Positions 6,906 to 16,281 of a DNA stretch of 54,532 bases are shown in pieces. Source of the stretch: Candidatus Aenigmatarchaeota archaeon (GTDB taxonomy: Archaea; Aenigmatarchaeota; Aenigmatarchaeia; Aenigmatarchaeales; Aenigmatarchaeaceae). The notes under the pieces are model-generated. The model had not been told where the DNA came from. It saw nothing but the letters and a program-made list of their open reading frames with translations, and made no database searches. The stretch covers positions 1 through 54,532 of the forward strand of contig JAFGAZ010000001.1 in assembly GCA_016933455.1 (NCBI GenBank). The letters run 5' to 3'. A program made the position numbers and the translations under genes. Numbering within the stretch: position 1 is the stretch's first letter; each line of letters opens with the position of its first letter.

Positions 6906-9754
6906 TTCAACATCTTCCTTAAAAATTTTCCCGTATGGGTATTTTTCTTTGCGATATCTTCCGGCGTTCCCATTGCAACTATAGTTCCCCCGGCGTCCCC
7001 GCCCTCAGGCCCCATGTCTATTATGTAATCGCAGCTTTTCACAACGTCAAGATTGTGCTCAATAACATAAACGGTGTTTCCCTTTTCGACCAAACGATTC
7101 AATACACCAATCAATCTTTTAGTGTCCTCAAAGTGAAGCCCGGTTGTTGGCTCATCAAGCATGTACACGACATGGCCCGACTTTTTCTTGGCAAGCTCTC
7201 GTGTTATCTTGACCCTCTGGCTTTCGCCGCCAGAAAGAGTTGTCGAGCTCTGCCCAAGCTTTATGTAGCCAAGCCCGACATCCAAAAGCGTCTTTAGCTT
7301 CCTGCTTATCGAGGGGACGTTTTCGAAAAACTTGGCAGCCTCGGACACTTCCATGTCCAAAATCTCTGCAATGTTTTTTCCCTTGTAGAATATGTCAAGC
7401 GTTTCCTTGTTGTATCTTTTGCCCTTGCACTCGCTGCACTGCACATAAACATCAGGCAAAAAGCTCATCTCTATTTTTATGACACCGTCCCCCTTGCATT
7501 CCTCGCACCTGCCTCCGGGAACATTGAAAGAGAATCTCCCTGGTTTGTAGCCTCTTGCCTTTGCGTCTTTTGTTAATGCAAAAATCTTCCTGACCTCGTC
7601 GAATATCTTGGTGTATGTTGCAGGATTGCTTCTTGGCGTCTTGCCTATCGGGTCTTGGTCTATGACAACAACGTTTCTTATTGTTTTTGGAATCTTTGAC
7701 AATCTGTGCTTGCCTATATTATCAACCTGCTGGCCAAACTCCTTTCTAAGAATCGGCATCATGGTCTGATTCATAAGGGTGGACTTGCCAGAACCCGAAA
7801 CCCCGGTTATTGCGCACAAAACATTGAGCGGAAACTCTACATCTATCTGCTTTAGGTTGTTTTGGCAAGCCCCATAAAGAGTCATGAAATATTTCGGCTT
7901 TCTTCTCTTCTTTGGAACATCTATTTTCTTTTTGCCGGAAAGGTATTTTCCAGTAAGGCTTTTTTCGCTTTTCATTATTTCTCTTGGCGTGCCAACAGAA
8001 ACTATATGGCCGCCATGAACCCCTGCACCGGGTCCCATGTCAACAATATAGTCGGCGTTTCTTATGGTGTCCTCGTCGTGCTCGACAACAACAAGCGTAT
8101 TGCCTATGTCTCGAAGATTGTGCAAGGTCTTAATTAGCTTCTCGTTGTCTCTTTGGTGAAGGCCGATGCTTGGCTCGTCTAGAATGTATAAAACCCCCAT
8201 CAGGTTCGAGCCTATCTGCGTTGCAAGCCTAATTCTCTGGGCCTCCCCGCCAGACAAGGTCCTTGCAGCCCTTGAAAGCGAAAGGTAGCCAAGCCCCACA
8301 TTGCTAAGAAAGCCAAGCCTCTGGTTTATTTCCTTTAGAACCTGCTTTGCTATGAACATTTCCTTTTTGTTTAATTTTTCAGGAAGCTCTAAGAAGAATT
8401 CGACGGCCTTTTCTATTGACATGTCAGTGACATCTATTATGCTCTTGTTGTTTATCAGAACCGCCAAGACAACTGGCTTTAGCCTTCTGCTCTTGCACTC
8501 GTCGCACGGCGTTGATTTCATAAAGCTCTCTATCATGTTCTTGCGATAGTCGCTGTCTGTTTGCCTATACAGCCTCATGGTCTGGGGTATCACGCCCTCC
8601 CATCCGTCCTCCATGTTCATGTTGGCCCCATTGGACCATCTCCCCCTGATGGGCCTTGGATCCCCGTACAATAAAACATCAAGGCTCTTTCTTTTCATTT
8701 TCTCAATTGGCATAAACAAGTCAAAGCCGTGCTTTTTTCCAACAGCCGATAGCTGCTGCGCCCTCCAGCTAAGGTCCATCTTGCCGTAAACAGCAAGAGC
8801 GCCCTGCATTATGCTCTTCTTTTTGTTGGGTATTACCAAATCCTCTGATATCTCCATTATCTCCCCTAGGCCGTGGCACTTGGGGCATGCGCCGAACGGG
8901 GAGTTGAACGAGAACATCCTTGGCTCAAGGTTTTCAAAAACCATCTCAGGATGGTTCGGGCATGCGCCGAATGTGCTATACATAATCTCGCCCTTGAACC
9001 TGTCTATCTCTCTTTTCTTGCCAGTTTTTTTCTTTGCATCAATAACAATCATTGTCCCCTTGCCGATGTTTAAGGACTGCTCGACTGCCTCTGCTATTCT
9101 CGACCTTTCCTCGTCATCTATCTTTACTGTATCTATGACAGCCTCAATCCAATGCTTCTCGTATCTTGCAAGCTTGACCTGCTTTTTAACAGATTCCAAT
9201 TCGTATATCTTCTGATCAACCCTAACCTTTGTAAAGCCCTGCTTTTTCAAATCATCAAAAACCTTCTCGTGCGTTCCCTTGATGCCTCGAATTATCGGGG
9301 CTAGAAATATCAGTGTCTTTGGCCTTTCAGACATGACAAGGCTTGCAATGTTCTCCGGGCTTTGGGGCTTAATCAAACTGTTGCACCTAGGGCAGTGGTG
9401 CGTTCCTATCCTTGCAAAAAGAAGCCTTAGGTAATCGTAAATTTCGGTGACTGTTCCAACAGTAGACCTTGGGTTCTTGCTTGTGCTTTTCTGCTCAATG
9501 GATATTGCAGGGGAAAGCCCATCTATCGAGTCAACGTCAGGCTTGTCCATTAGGCCAAGAAACTGCCTTGCGTAAGCTGAAAGGCTCTCGACATACCTTC
9601 TTTGACCCTCCGCATATATTGTATCAAATGCCAAGGTGGACTTGCCAGAACCCGAAAGCCCTGTTATTACTATGAACTTGTTTCTTGGAAGCTCTACGTC
9701 GATGTTCTTTAGGTTGTGCTCTCTTGCCCCCTTTACAACTATCTTATCTTTCAT
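6902..9754 (-). CDS. uvrA: Excinuclease ABC subunit A (UvrA)
   Basis: Two ABC modules (GLSGSGKSTLAFDT, GVSGSGKSTL, LSGGE.QR) and CxxC zinc modules. The start is set at ATG 9754 (MKDKIVVKGAREHNLKNI), preceded by GTGATTTT. The track start at 9799 would overlap uvrB. Confidence 0.95.
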   Translation of the reverse strand: MKDKIVVKGAREHNLKNIDVELPRNKFIVITGLSGSGKSTLAFDTIYAEGQRRYVESLSAYARQFLGLMDKPDVDSIDGLSPAISIEQKSTSKNPRSTVGTVTEIYDYLRLLFARIGTHHCPRCNSLIKPQSPENIASLVMSERPKTLIFLAPIIRGIKGTHEKVFDDLKKQGFTKVRVDQKIYELESVKKQVKLARYEKHWIEAVIDTVKIDDEERSRIAEAVEQSLNIGKGTMIVIDAKKKTGKKREIDRFKGEIMYSTFGACPNHPEMVFENLEPRMFSFNSPFGACPKCHGLGEIMEISEDLVIPNKKKSIMQGALAVYGKMDLSWRAQQLSAVGKKHGFDLFMPIEKMKRKSLDVLLYGDPRPIRGRWSNGANMNMEDGWEGVIPQTMRLYRQTDSDYRKNMIESFMKSTPCDECKSRRLKPVVLAVLINNKSIIDVTDMSIEKAVEFFLELPEKLNKKEMFIAKQVLKEINQRLGFLSNVGLGYLSLSRAARTLSGGEAQRIRLATQIGSNLMGVLYILDEPSIGLHQRDNEKLIKTLHNLRDIGNTLVVVEHDEDTIRNADYIVDMGPGAGVHGGHIVSVGTPREIMKSEKSLTGKYLSGKKKIDVPKKRRKPKYFMTLYGACQNNLKQIDVEFPLNVLCAITGVSGSGKSTLMNQTMMPILRKEFGQQVDNIGKHRLSKIPKTIRNVVVIDQDPIGKTPRSNPATYTKIFDEVRKIFALTKDAKARGYKPGRFSFNVPGGRCEECKGDGVIKIEMSFLPDVYVQCSECKGKRYNKETLDIFYKGKNIAEILDMEVSEAAKFFENVPSISRKLKTLLDVGLGYIKLGQSSTTLSGGESQRVKITRELAKKKSGHVVYMLDEPTTGLHFEDTKRLIGVLNRLVEKGNTVYVIEHNLDVVKSCDYIIDMGPEGGDAGGTIVAMGTPEDIAKKNTHTGKFLRKMLK

Positions 9755-9758
9755 AAAA

Positions 9759-11702
9759 TCACTTTTTGGATATTGACTTTTGCATTTCCTCAAGCGCATC
9801 CCTTGCCTCTATTGCCTTTTCGAAATCCAGGTTCTCTGCGTACTCTCTCATCTTGGCCTCAAGCTCTATCATCCTCTTTCTTATGTCGGACTTGGCAAGG
9901 TGCATGGTGCCTTTGATTCTTCTTCCCTTTGCTGAAATCTTCTTTTCTATTGTTTTTGGCACTATTTTGTGCTTTTTGTTAAAATCAATCTGGAACTCTC
10001 TTCTTTTCTTTGTTATCTCCATTGCCTTCTTTATGGAATCGGTCTTCTTGTCAGCATAAAGAACGACCCTTCCGTTTACATTCCTTGCAGCCCTTCCTAT
10101 TGTCTGGATAAGGCTTCTTTGGTCTCTTAGAAATCCTTCCTTGTCTGCATCCAAAATAAATATTGTTGAAACCTCTGGAATGTCTAGGCCCTCCCTTAGG
10201 AGGTTTATCCCAACCAGGATGTCGAATTCTCCCATCCTTAGCTGCCTGACAAGCTCTATTCTGTCAAGGCTCTTGATATCGGAATGAAGATACCTTACCT
10301 TGAAACCCTCCCCTACAAGATAGTCTGTCAGATCCTCCGCCATCTTCTTTGTTATTGTTGTGACAAGCGCCCTATCTCCCCTATCGATTGTCTTTCTTGC
10401 CTCACGCATCAGGTGCTGCATCTGGCCCTTTATTGGATGAAGCTCAACTGTGGGATCCAAAAGACCTGTCGGCCTTGTTATTAGTTCGACTGGCTTTCCG
10501 GATTTTTCAATCTCATAGTCGCCGGGCGTTGCTGAAACGAAAAGAACCTTTTTCATCTTGCCCTCGAACTCTTTGAATTTCAAGGGGCGGTTGTCAAACG
10601 CCGACGGCAACCTAAAGCCGAATTCTATTAGGCTCTTTTTCCTGGCATAGTCTCCGTTGTACATCGCCCTTGCCTGGGGCACTGACTGGTGGCTCTCGTC
10701 GATTATCATAAGAAAGTTATCTGGAAAATAGTCTATCAAAACATAGGGGGGCTGGCCGGGTTTTCTGCCGTCAAAGTGGCGGCTGTAATTTTCAATGCCC
10801 GAGCAAAAGCCCATCTCCTCGATCATCTCAAGGTCATAGTTGGTCCTCTGCTTTAGCCTTTGGGCTTCCAATGGCGCAAGCTCAGGCAGCCTTTTCTTTA
10901 ATTCCAATCTTATGTTTTCTATTGCCTGCTTTTGCTTGTCTTCTGGCACAACGTACTGCCTTGCAGGATAAACCGTAAAGTCCTCGATGTCGTTTTTCAC
11001 CTCGCCTGTTAGAAGGTGAACCTCTCTTATCTTTGAAACAATGTCTTCTTTTAGCTGCACGCGTATTATGTCCTCTTCGTATATAGGCACAATGTCTATT
11101 GTGTCGCCCCTTACTCTGAACTTGCCGGGTTCTAGGTTCACATCGTTTCTTTCGTACTGGATTTCTATTAGCTTGCCGATTAATTCCTTTCTTGAAAGTT
11201 TGTTTCCAACCCTAAGGTCGACTGCCAGCTCTTTGAAATAGTCTGGGTTGCCAAGGCTGTAAATGCAGCTTATGCTTGCAACAATTATGGTATCCTTCCT
11301 GCTAACAATGCTAGACACCGCATGCATTCGCATTTTTTCTATCTGCTCGTTGACAGACGAGTCCTTTTCTATGTAGGTATCGGTTGTTGGTATGTAGGAT
11401 TCTGGCTGGTAATAATCATAGAATGAAATAAAGTATTCGACTCGGTTGTTTGGAAACAGTTCCTTAAGCTCTGTGTATAGCTGGGCTGCCAATGTCTTGT
11501 TGTGAGCAATTATCAAGGTGGGCCTTTGCAACTTGTTTATTATATTGGCCATTACAAAGGTCTTGCCAGAGCCTGTTATGCCAAGGAGCGTTTGCTTGTC
11601 CTTTTTCTTGAAATTCTTCTCCAGCATGTTAACAGCGTCTTCTTGACCAGGAGACATCTTGTATGGAGAATTGAGTTCGAACCTCATAAGAAAACCTATC
11701 AT
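9759..11702 (-). CDS. uvrB: Excinuclease ABC subunit B (UvrB)
   Basis: GITGSGKTF Walker A, DESH box, helicase motifs and the C-terminal UVR motif (FEKAIEARDALEEM). An alternative start ATG lies at 11687 (MRFELNSPY). Confidence 0.95.
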   Translation of the reverse strand: MIGFLMRFELNSPYKMSPGQEDAVNMLEKNFKKKDKQTLLGITGSGKTFVMANIINKLQRPTLIIAHNKTLAAQLYTELKELFPNNRVEYFISFYDYYQPESYIPTTDTYIEKDSSVNEQIEKMRMHAVSSIVSRKDTIIVASISCIYSLGNPDYFKELAVDLRVGNKLSRKELIGKLIEIQYERNDVNLEPGKFRVRGDTIDIVPIYEEDIIRVQLKEDIVSKIREVHLLTGEVKNDIEDFTVYPARQYVVPEDKQKQAIENIRLELKKRLPELAPLEAQRLKQRTNYDLEMIEEMGFCSGIENYSRHFDGRKPGQPPYVLIDYFPDNFLMIIDESHQSVPQARAMYNGDYARKKSLIEFGFRLPSAFDNRPLKFKEFEGKMKKVLFVSATPGDYEIEKSGKPVELITRPTGLLDPTVELHPIKGQMQHLMREARKTIDRGDRALVTTITKKMAEDLTDYLVGEGFKVRYLHSDIKSLDRIELVRQLRMGEFDILVGINLLREGLDIPEVSTIFILDADKEGFLRDQRSLIQTIGRAARNVNGRVVLYADKKTDSIKKAMEITKKRREFQIDFNKKHKIVPKTIEKKISAKGRRIKGTMHLAKSDIRKRMIELEAKMREYAENLDFEKAIEARDALEEMQKSISKK

Positions 11703-11795
11703 GAATCTTTGATTTGAAAGTTTTAAAAGATTGTCAATTGGGCAAAATCTTGCAATGAAAAACTTTAAGAAGTTGGCATAATCATTATTTTTTCT

Positions 11796-11990
11796 ATGAC
11801 TAACATGAAAATGATATCAAAAGAACAGGCCCTTGGCGTTGCTTGCGAGGACTGCAGGAATTTTATCAACTCCCATGAGATGGTGGAGGGAACTCCTTCC
11901 TACATAACCAAGAGCAATGACTGCAGAAAGTGCAAGCTGCAAATAGACATGATGAGCGAGAAAATTGCCGTCATATGGAAGGAAATCTAA
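11796..11990 (+). CDS. Small hypothetical protein with CxxC...CxxC motif
   Basis: 64 aa with CEDC...CRKC, possibly a zinc ribbon. Confidence 0.4.
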   Translation: MTNMKMISKEQALGVACEDCRNFINSHEMVEGTPSYITKSNDCRKCKLQIDMMSEKIAVIWKEI

Positions 11991-12089
11991 TTCTTTTTTT
12001 CATAATTCGATTTTATTATTTCTAAAACAAAAAGTCACCTTACATCAAGGCTACATAGAGATTTATTGTTGTTCTGGCAACAATTTACG

Positions 12090-13202
12090 ATGAGATTTCT
12101 AGCAGGAGCATTCTTTGTATTCATAATATCAGCTGCATTTTTTTCTCTGTATTTGTCACAAAACAATTTGCCAAAAGAGAAAATAACGTCTTTTGGCATA
12201 GCAAATTCGAATACAGTTAGTGTTTCAAGTTATGTTGACATTAGAGTAAAAAGGGCGCTGAATTATGGCAGCATAGGAAGCGTTTCAGGAGGCTCTTCGG
12301 GAACTGTTCCTGATGTTGCCCCGGATGAAACAGTAATTGTTGAAGAAGGCAATTCTATTAATGAGATTGAAGAAAACAACACTATCGAAGAAGATGAAAC
12401 AGCCAATGAATCTAATTATTTGTTCGTAGAAAGCAAAATCCTAGCGGGCTGGCGGTCGTCAATGTATGGCTATCAGCAACAAAAGCCCCCGTCTTATTGG
12501 GTGGATGTTGCAAAGGACATATCGTCAAAGTTTCCTGGAACTGTGCCTGGAGGCATATGGCTTGTGGGAGAAACCGACGGCAGCGGTCCTGGAACATTAT
12601 TGTATATGAAATCAACTGGCTCTTATCCAAACATAGCATTCGAAAAGGGGGACGTGTCAGAAGAATACCTGAATGCTTTTGACAAAGCAAATGTCAAGGT
12701 AATTCTACAGGTGGAGCCGATGAGCGCAGACATCAACACGCTAATAGACATAGTGATGAGCCAATACAAGCATCATTCTTCAGTAATTGGCTTTGGTGTG
12801 GACATTGAATGGTACGGCACTTGCAATGACGGGTGCAAGCCATCAGCAGAGGATGTTATTTCATGGAATGACAAACTTCATTCCATAAACCAAAACTACA
12901 CCCTTATGATAAAGCACTTTGAGGAATCAAAGCTGCCAACAGGAATACCGTCCAATATTCTTATTGTGTGCGACGACGAGGAGAACGGAAAACTGAACAC
13001 GCTGGTATCCGAGCATGCACTAATGGAGAGCAAGTTCAAAAACAACCCGTTCGGGGCCCAGTACGGATATCCAAGCGATAAGAACATCTGGCAGGACATG
13101 CAAGACCCGATAAAGCAGTTAGGCAATGCAATAGAAGATAGGATTGGCAGGCCAATAAGCCATTTCTGGGTGGACTTTAGCATAATGGATTTGTATCCTT
13201 AG
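12090..13202 (+). CDS. N-terminally membrane-anchored hypothetical protein, possibly a glycoside-hydrolase-like TIM-barrel ectodomain
   Basis: TM segment FLAGAFFVFIISAAFFSLYL and an acidic linker. The block VILQVEPMS...VIGFGVDIEWYG is reminiscent of GH-like barrels. The functional call is weak. The ATG at 12090 is preferred over the TTG at 12066. Confidence 0.55.
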   Translation: MRFLAGAFFVFIISAAFFSLYLSQNNLPKEKITSFGIANSNTVSVSSYVDIRVKRALNYGSIGSVSGGSSGTVPDVAPDETVIVEEGNSINEIEENNTIEEDETANESNYLFVESKILAGWRSSMYGYQQQKPPSYWVDVAKDISSKFPGTVPGGIWLVGETDGSGPGTLLYMKSTGSYPNIAFEKGDVSEEYLNAFDKANVKVILQVEPMSADINTLIDIVMSQYKHHSSVIGFGVDIEWYGTCNDGCKPSAEDVISWNDKLHSINQNYTLMIKHFEESKLPTGIPSNILIVCDDEENGKLNTLVSEHALMESKFKNNPFGAQYGYPSDKNIWQDMQDPIKQLGNAIEDRIGRPISHFWVDFSIMDLYP

Positions 13203-13252
13203 GTTAGAAAAATTCTATTCGCTTTATCAATTTTCAATGTATAACAAATATC

Positions 13253-13435
13253 ATGAAATGCAAGCTCTGTGAAAAGGAAATAGAAAACTACAGCCAAGAG
13301 TTCAACCAGCTAGTCATCGATAATTCTAAGGTTAACATCTGCAGCAACTGCCTAACAAAGATAGCAAAGTGGCAGACCAAAAATTTTGCAAAGTTCTTTC
13401 CCACAAAGGCTATGAAAAGGCTGCAAAGAAAATAA
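13253..13435 (+). CDS. Small zinc-ribbon-like protein
   Basis: 60 aa with CKLC...CSNC. Confidence 0.45.
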   Translation: MKCKLCEKEIENYSQEFNQLVIDNSKVNICSNCLTKIAKWQTKNFAKFFPTKAMKRLQRK

Positions 13436-13467
13436 CAAATTTATTCTTTTCTGTTCCATGTATTCGA

Positions 13468-13881
13468 ATGATAAAATTGAAACTGCTAGAAAAGGACCTA
13501 GATTTGCTAAAGAAAAGCGTGCCGAAAACAGAAATAAAAGATGTAGACGCTATAGTCACGGCGAATCTTGAGAACAGTGAAATATACAGAGTAAGAAAGA
13601 ATTTTGTAACGGCAAAGTACATTAGATGGAAGGATTTTCTAAATAGAAAAAGTTGTAATTTCGTCAAGACAAGAGAGAACTCGTCGTACAAGAACGGCCT
13701 TATATTCTACAACAAGTTCGGTCATAAACATCTTCTAAAAGGAGAAGAAGAAAAGGGAAATAAGATAATTCCTGTTGAAGGAATCGGCGAATCTTTTGCG
13801 CAGATTTTCCAGAAATATTACGGAGAAGATGTGAAAAGAAAAACCAGAAGAGACAACAGGCTCATTGTATATTCTGTTTGA
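13468..13881 (+). CDS. Hypothetical protein
   Basis: Internal ATG of track ORF 13369..13881, chosen to avoid overlap with 13253..13435. No recognisable motif. Confidence 0.4.
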   Translation: MIKLKLLEKDLDLLKKSVPKTEIKDVDAIVTANLENSEIYRVRKNFVTAKYIRWKDFLNRKSCNFVKTRENSSYKNGLIFYNKFGHKHLLKGEEEKGNKIIPVEGIGESFAQIFQKYYGEDVKRKTRRDNRLIVYSV

Positions 13882-14065
13882 TCTTCTCGATTATAATGTC
13901 AAAGGCTTCTTCGGAAGTTTGAGCCTCGCCCTTGAAGGCAACGCCCTTTTTGGAATTTAACACAACGCAGTACGTATAGTCCTTGCCGTTGATAGAATAG
14001 TGGTTCATTGCCGCAATGCCAAAGCCATTCTCACGGATTGTTCTTTCGAATTCTTCGAACTTCAT
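13862..14065 (-). CDS. Small hypothetical alpha/beta protein
   Basis: 67 aa. It converges on and overlaps the previous ORF by 20 nt. G.AFKGEAQTSEEAFDIIIEKIK has a faint UPF0150/HicB-like pattern. Confidence 0.45.
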   Translation of the reverse strand: MKFEEFERTIRENGFGIAAMNHYSINGKDYTYCVVLNSKKGVAFKGEAQTSEEAFDIIIEKIKQNIQ

Positions 14066-14096
14066 AAAATAAGATTAGAAATTAGAAAATAAAAGA

Positions 14097-14405
14097 TTAC
14101 TTTTTGGCAGCCGGCTTTTCCTTCTTGGCAAACTCGCGCTTTTCTGGAATCTTTATCTCCAAGGTCTTGATTAGCTCCGAGTTTCTCCAGACCTTTTCAA
14201 CTGCAGCATCGTCGCCAGCTCCGATATCAAGCATGTGGCTTGTGGGCTCGACGTGGTCGACGTTGCACTTTCTTCTCTTAACGCCGGTTATAGCCTTTGG
14301 GCCTGTTATGATCACAAAGCCGTCGTTCGAGTTCTCGACAACGACCGCGTACTTGCCAGCTTCCCTGCCAGCTATCTTTAGAACAATTCTTCCCTTTGCT
14401 AGCAT
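14097..14405 (-). CDS. rpl14e: 50S ribosomal protein L14e (eL14)
   Basis: GRIVLKIAGREAGKYAVVV...ITGPKAITGVKRRKCNVDHVEPT (KOW motif plus eL14 signature). Confidence 0.9.
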   Translation of the reverse strand: MLAKGRIVLKIAGREAGKYAVVVENSNDGFVIITGPKAITGVKRRKCNVDHVEPTSHMLDIGAGDDAAVEKVWRNSELIKTLEIKIPEKREFAKKEKPAAKK

Positions 14406-14406
14406 A

Positions 14407-14652
14407 TCATTTCACCGTTTCCTTGATTTTTTTCCTCATGCACTTGGAGCAAAGCTCAGGATAAGGTCTTTGTGGCCTTCTCTTGGTCTTGGGCAGCTTT
14501 TTTATCTGAGAGCCTGTAAGCTTGGCCCTGTTGAGCTTGGCGCCGCACACATAGCATAAAACGTGCTCTGGCTTTTTCTTTTTTATGTGAACAACGGTCC
14601 TGCCGCCTGAAGCCTTTCTGCATATCTTTCTTTGCGATTTATTGTTTCTCAT
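14407..14652 (-). CDS. rpl34e: 50S ribosomal protein L34e (eL34)
   Basis: GGRTVVHIKKKKPEHVLCYVCGAKL...KRRPQRPY..LCSKC. Confidence 0.9.
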   Translation of the reverse strand: MRNNKSQRKICRKASGGRTVVHIKKKKPEHVLCYVCGAKLNRAKLTGSQIKKLPKTKRRPQRPYPELCSKCMRKKIKETVK

Positions 14653-15083
14653 AATTCAACACCTAGTATCTTTCTGAAGATTGAATTTAATGGTAGCGAA
14701 AGTATAAAATACCATGCCATCCATCCAAAATCGCTCCCAAAGTAGGGCAATGTGAACGGAAGGTTGACAACAGAATCTGGAAACAGCTGCGGCATTATGG
14801 GCAAAACCAGCATGAACACAATTAGGCTAACAATCATTGGCTTCATTGTAAGTTTCATCTGGTTTTGAGAGAGCTTTAGCATCTCGTTCATGACCTGGTT
14901 TGCCTCGTCGGGATTTGTCTTTTGGATTTCCTTTAGCCTTTCCTGCTTTTCCTTCTGCTTGCTCTTTATCTCCTTTAGCTTCTCATGGTCGAGCAAAAAC
15001 TTGTATATCAAAGATGATCCGAAAAGTATTAGCGCAACTAGCAAGAACTCTTCAATAGCTGCTGAAAGTCCTAAAATGCTCAT
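14649..15083 (-). CDS. DUF106/EMC3-TMCO1-like membrane protein (archaeal Oxa1/YidC-superfamily insertase candidate)
   Basis: Three TM segments with a charged coiled-coil insert (KEIKSKQKEKQERLKEIQK...MKLTMKPM). It occupies the conserved position between the kinase genes and L34e. Confidence 0.7.
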   Translation of the reverse strand: MSILGLSAAIEEFLLVALILFGSSLIYKFLLDHEKLKEIKSKQKEKQERLKEIQKTNPDEANQVMNEMLKLSQNQMKLTMKPMIVSLIVFMLVLPIMPQLFPDSVVNLPFTLPYFGSDFGWMAWYFILSLPLNSIFRKILGVEL

Positions 15084-15649
15084 TCTTTTGCACCGTCGTA
15101 GCTTATCAATTCGTTTGGCCTAAACCAGAGATTAATTTCTCTTTGCGCTTCGTCAATCGAACCTGAAGCGTGAACAAGGTTCTCAACTGCGCGTCTTTCA
15201 GCGTTTGCCTTTTCAGGCGAATCGCAACCAAAGTCGCCTCTTATGGTTCCCTTTTCAGCCTTGATCGGCATGGTATGGCCTGTTAGTTTTCTTACCTTCT
15301 TTACAGCGTCCTCTCCCTCAAGCACCATGGCAATGACAGGATGAGACGTTACATACTCTATTAGCCACTTTCTTAGCATAAAACCTATCTCCTTGGGGTT
15401 GTCTGTATTGAAGATCTTGTACATGTCCTCCGTGCTGTTGTTCTCCTTTGCAGACTCCAAGGTCTTCATGCCCATGCCCACAATCTGCTCGTCGCAAGTA
15501 GTATAATGCTTCTCGGCAAGCTCGGTATCTGGAAACACGACCTTCATTCCGACTATCTTAAGGTCTGCCTCGTGGTACCTCTTTATTATGTCGCCTGCTA
15601 GCCTTCCTCTCATGCCGTCGGGCTTTACCATTACAAATGTTCTTTCCAT
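15080..15649 (-). CDS. ndk: Nucleoside diphosphate kinase, long form with internal insertions
   Basis: MERTFVMVKPDG...GTIRGDFG...NLVHASGS (catalytic His). At 189 aa it is longer than the ~150 aa typical of the family. Confidence 0.88.
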   Translation of the reverse strand: MERTFVMVKPDGMRGRLAGDIIKRYHEADLKIVGMKVVFPDTELAEKHYTTCDEQIVGMGMKTLESAKENNSTEDMYKIFNTDNPKEIGFMLRKWLIEYVTSHPVIAMVLEGEDAVKKVRKLTGHTMPIKAEKGTIRGDFGCDSPEKANAERRAVENLVHASGSIDEAQREINLWFRPNELISYDGAKE

Positions 15650-16281
15650 TTTATCGCGTCCTTTATTCTTTGATTTAAGATGTCAACATCTAAATCTGCT
15701 TTCTCACATCTTATAATCCTAAGTATTCCCTTGTCTTTATAGTATTCTGTCAAGGGTTTTAAATTTTTCTTATCCTCTTCGATTCTTCTTTTTGCAGCTT
15801 CGGGCAAATCGTCAGCCTTCTGGTGAAGGTCGCATCCGCACTTGTTGCATATGCCCTCGTTTTCTGGCTTCATGAGCTCTGTGTTGTATACCTCTCCGCA
15901 GTTTTTGCAAACAACTCTTGATGTTAACCTCTGCATTACGATTTCGTCTTCAACGTCCATGTAAATTGCGCTATCGATTTTCTCCATTTTGTCAAACTCG
16001 ATTGCCTGCTTTACTGTTCTTGGAAAGCCGTCAAGTATGAAGCCGTCCTTGCAGTCCTGCTCCTTTAGCCTCTCTTCCACAACTTCAAGCACCAAATCAT
16101 CAGACAAAAATTTGCCGTTGTTAAACACTTGCTCTATTTTCCTGCCAAGTTCTGTGTTCTTGGCGACATTCGACCTAAATATCTCGCCTGTGGAAATATG
16201 AGGAACGCCAAGTTCGAGCGCAAGCCTTGAAGCGCAAGTGCCCTTTCCAGAACACCTAACGCCCAAAAAAACAAGCCTCAT
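15631..16281 (-). CDS. adk: Adenylate kinase (long lid with Cys4 zinc motif)
   Basis: P-loop region GVRCSGKGT, GFILDGFPRT, and lid CKNCGEVYN...CNKCGCDL. Confidence 0.9.
   Translation of the reverse strand: MRLVFLGVRCSGKGTCASRLALELGVPHISTGEIFRSNVAKNTELGRKIEQVFNNGKFLSDDLVLEVVEERLKEQDCKDGFILDGFPRTVKQAIEFDKMEKIDSAIYMDVEDEIVMQRLTSRVVCKNCGEVYNTELMKPENEGICNKCGCDLHQKADDLPEAAKRRIEEDKKNLKPLTEYYKDKGILRIIRCEKADLDVDILNQRIKDAIKWKEHL

Noticed and set aside
9755-9799. N-terminal extension of uvrA in the track (start at 9799)
   Set aside because: It would overlap the uvrB 3' end by 41 nt. The ATG at 9754 has a GTGATTTT SD and gives the canonical UvrA N-terminus.
13369-13467. 5' extension of ORF 13369..13881
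   Set aside because: It overlaps the zinc-ribbon ORF 13253..13435 in another frame. The internal ATG at 13468 avoids the overlap. Both genes remain low-confidence.
13862-14065. Possible HicB-like antitoxin (G.AFKGEAQTSEEAFDIIIEKI)
   Set aside because: The resemblance is a short pattern only. No HicA-like partner is recognisable next to it. This is not enough for a toxin-antitoxin call.
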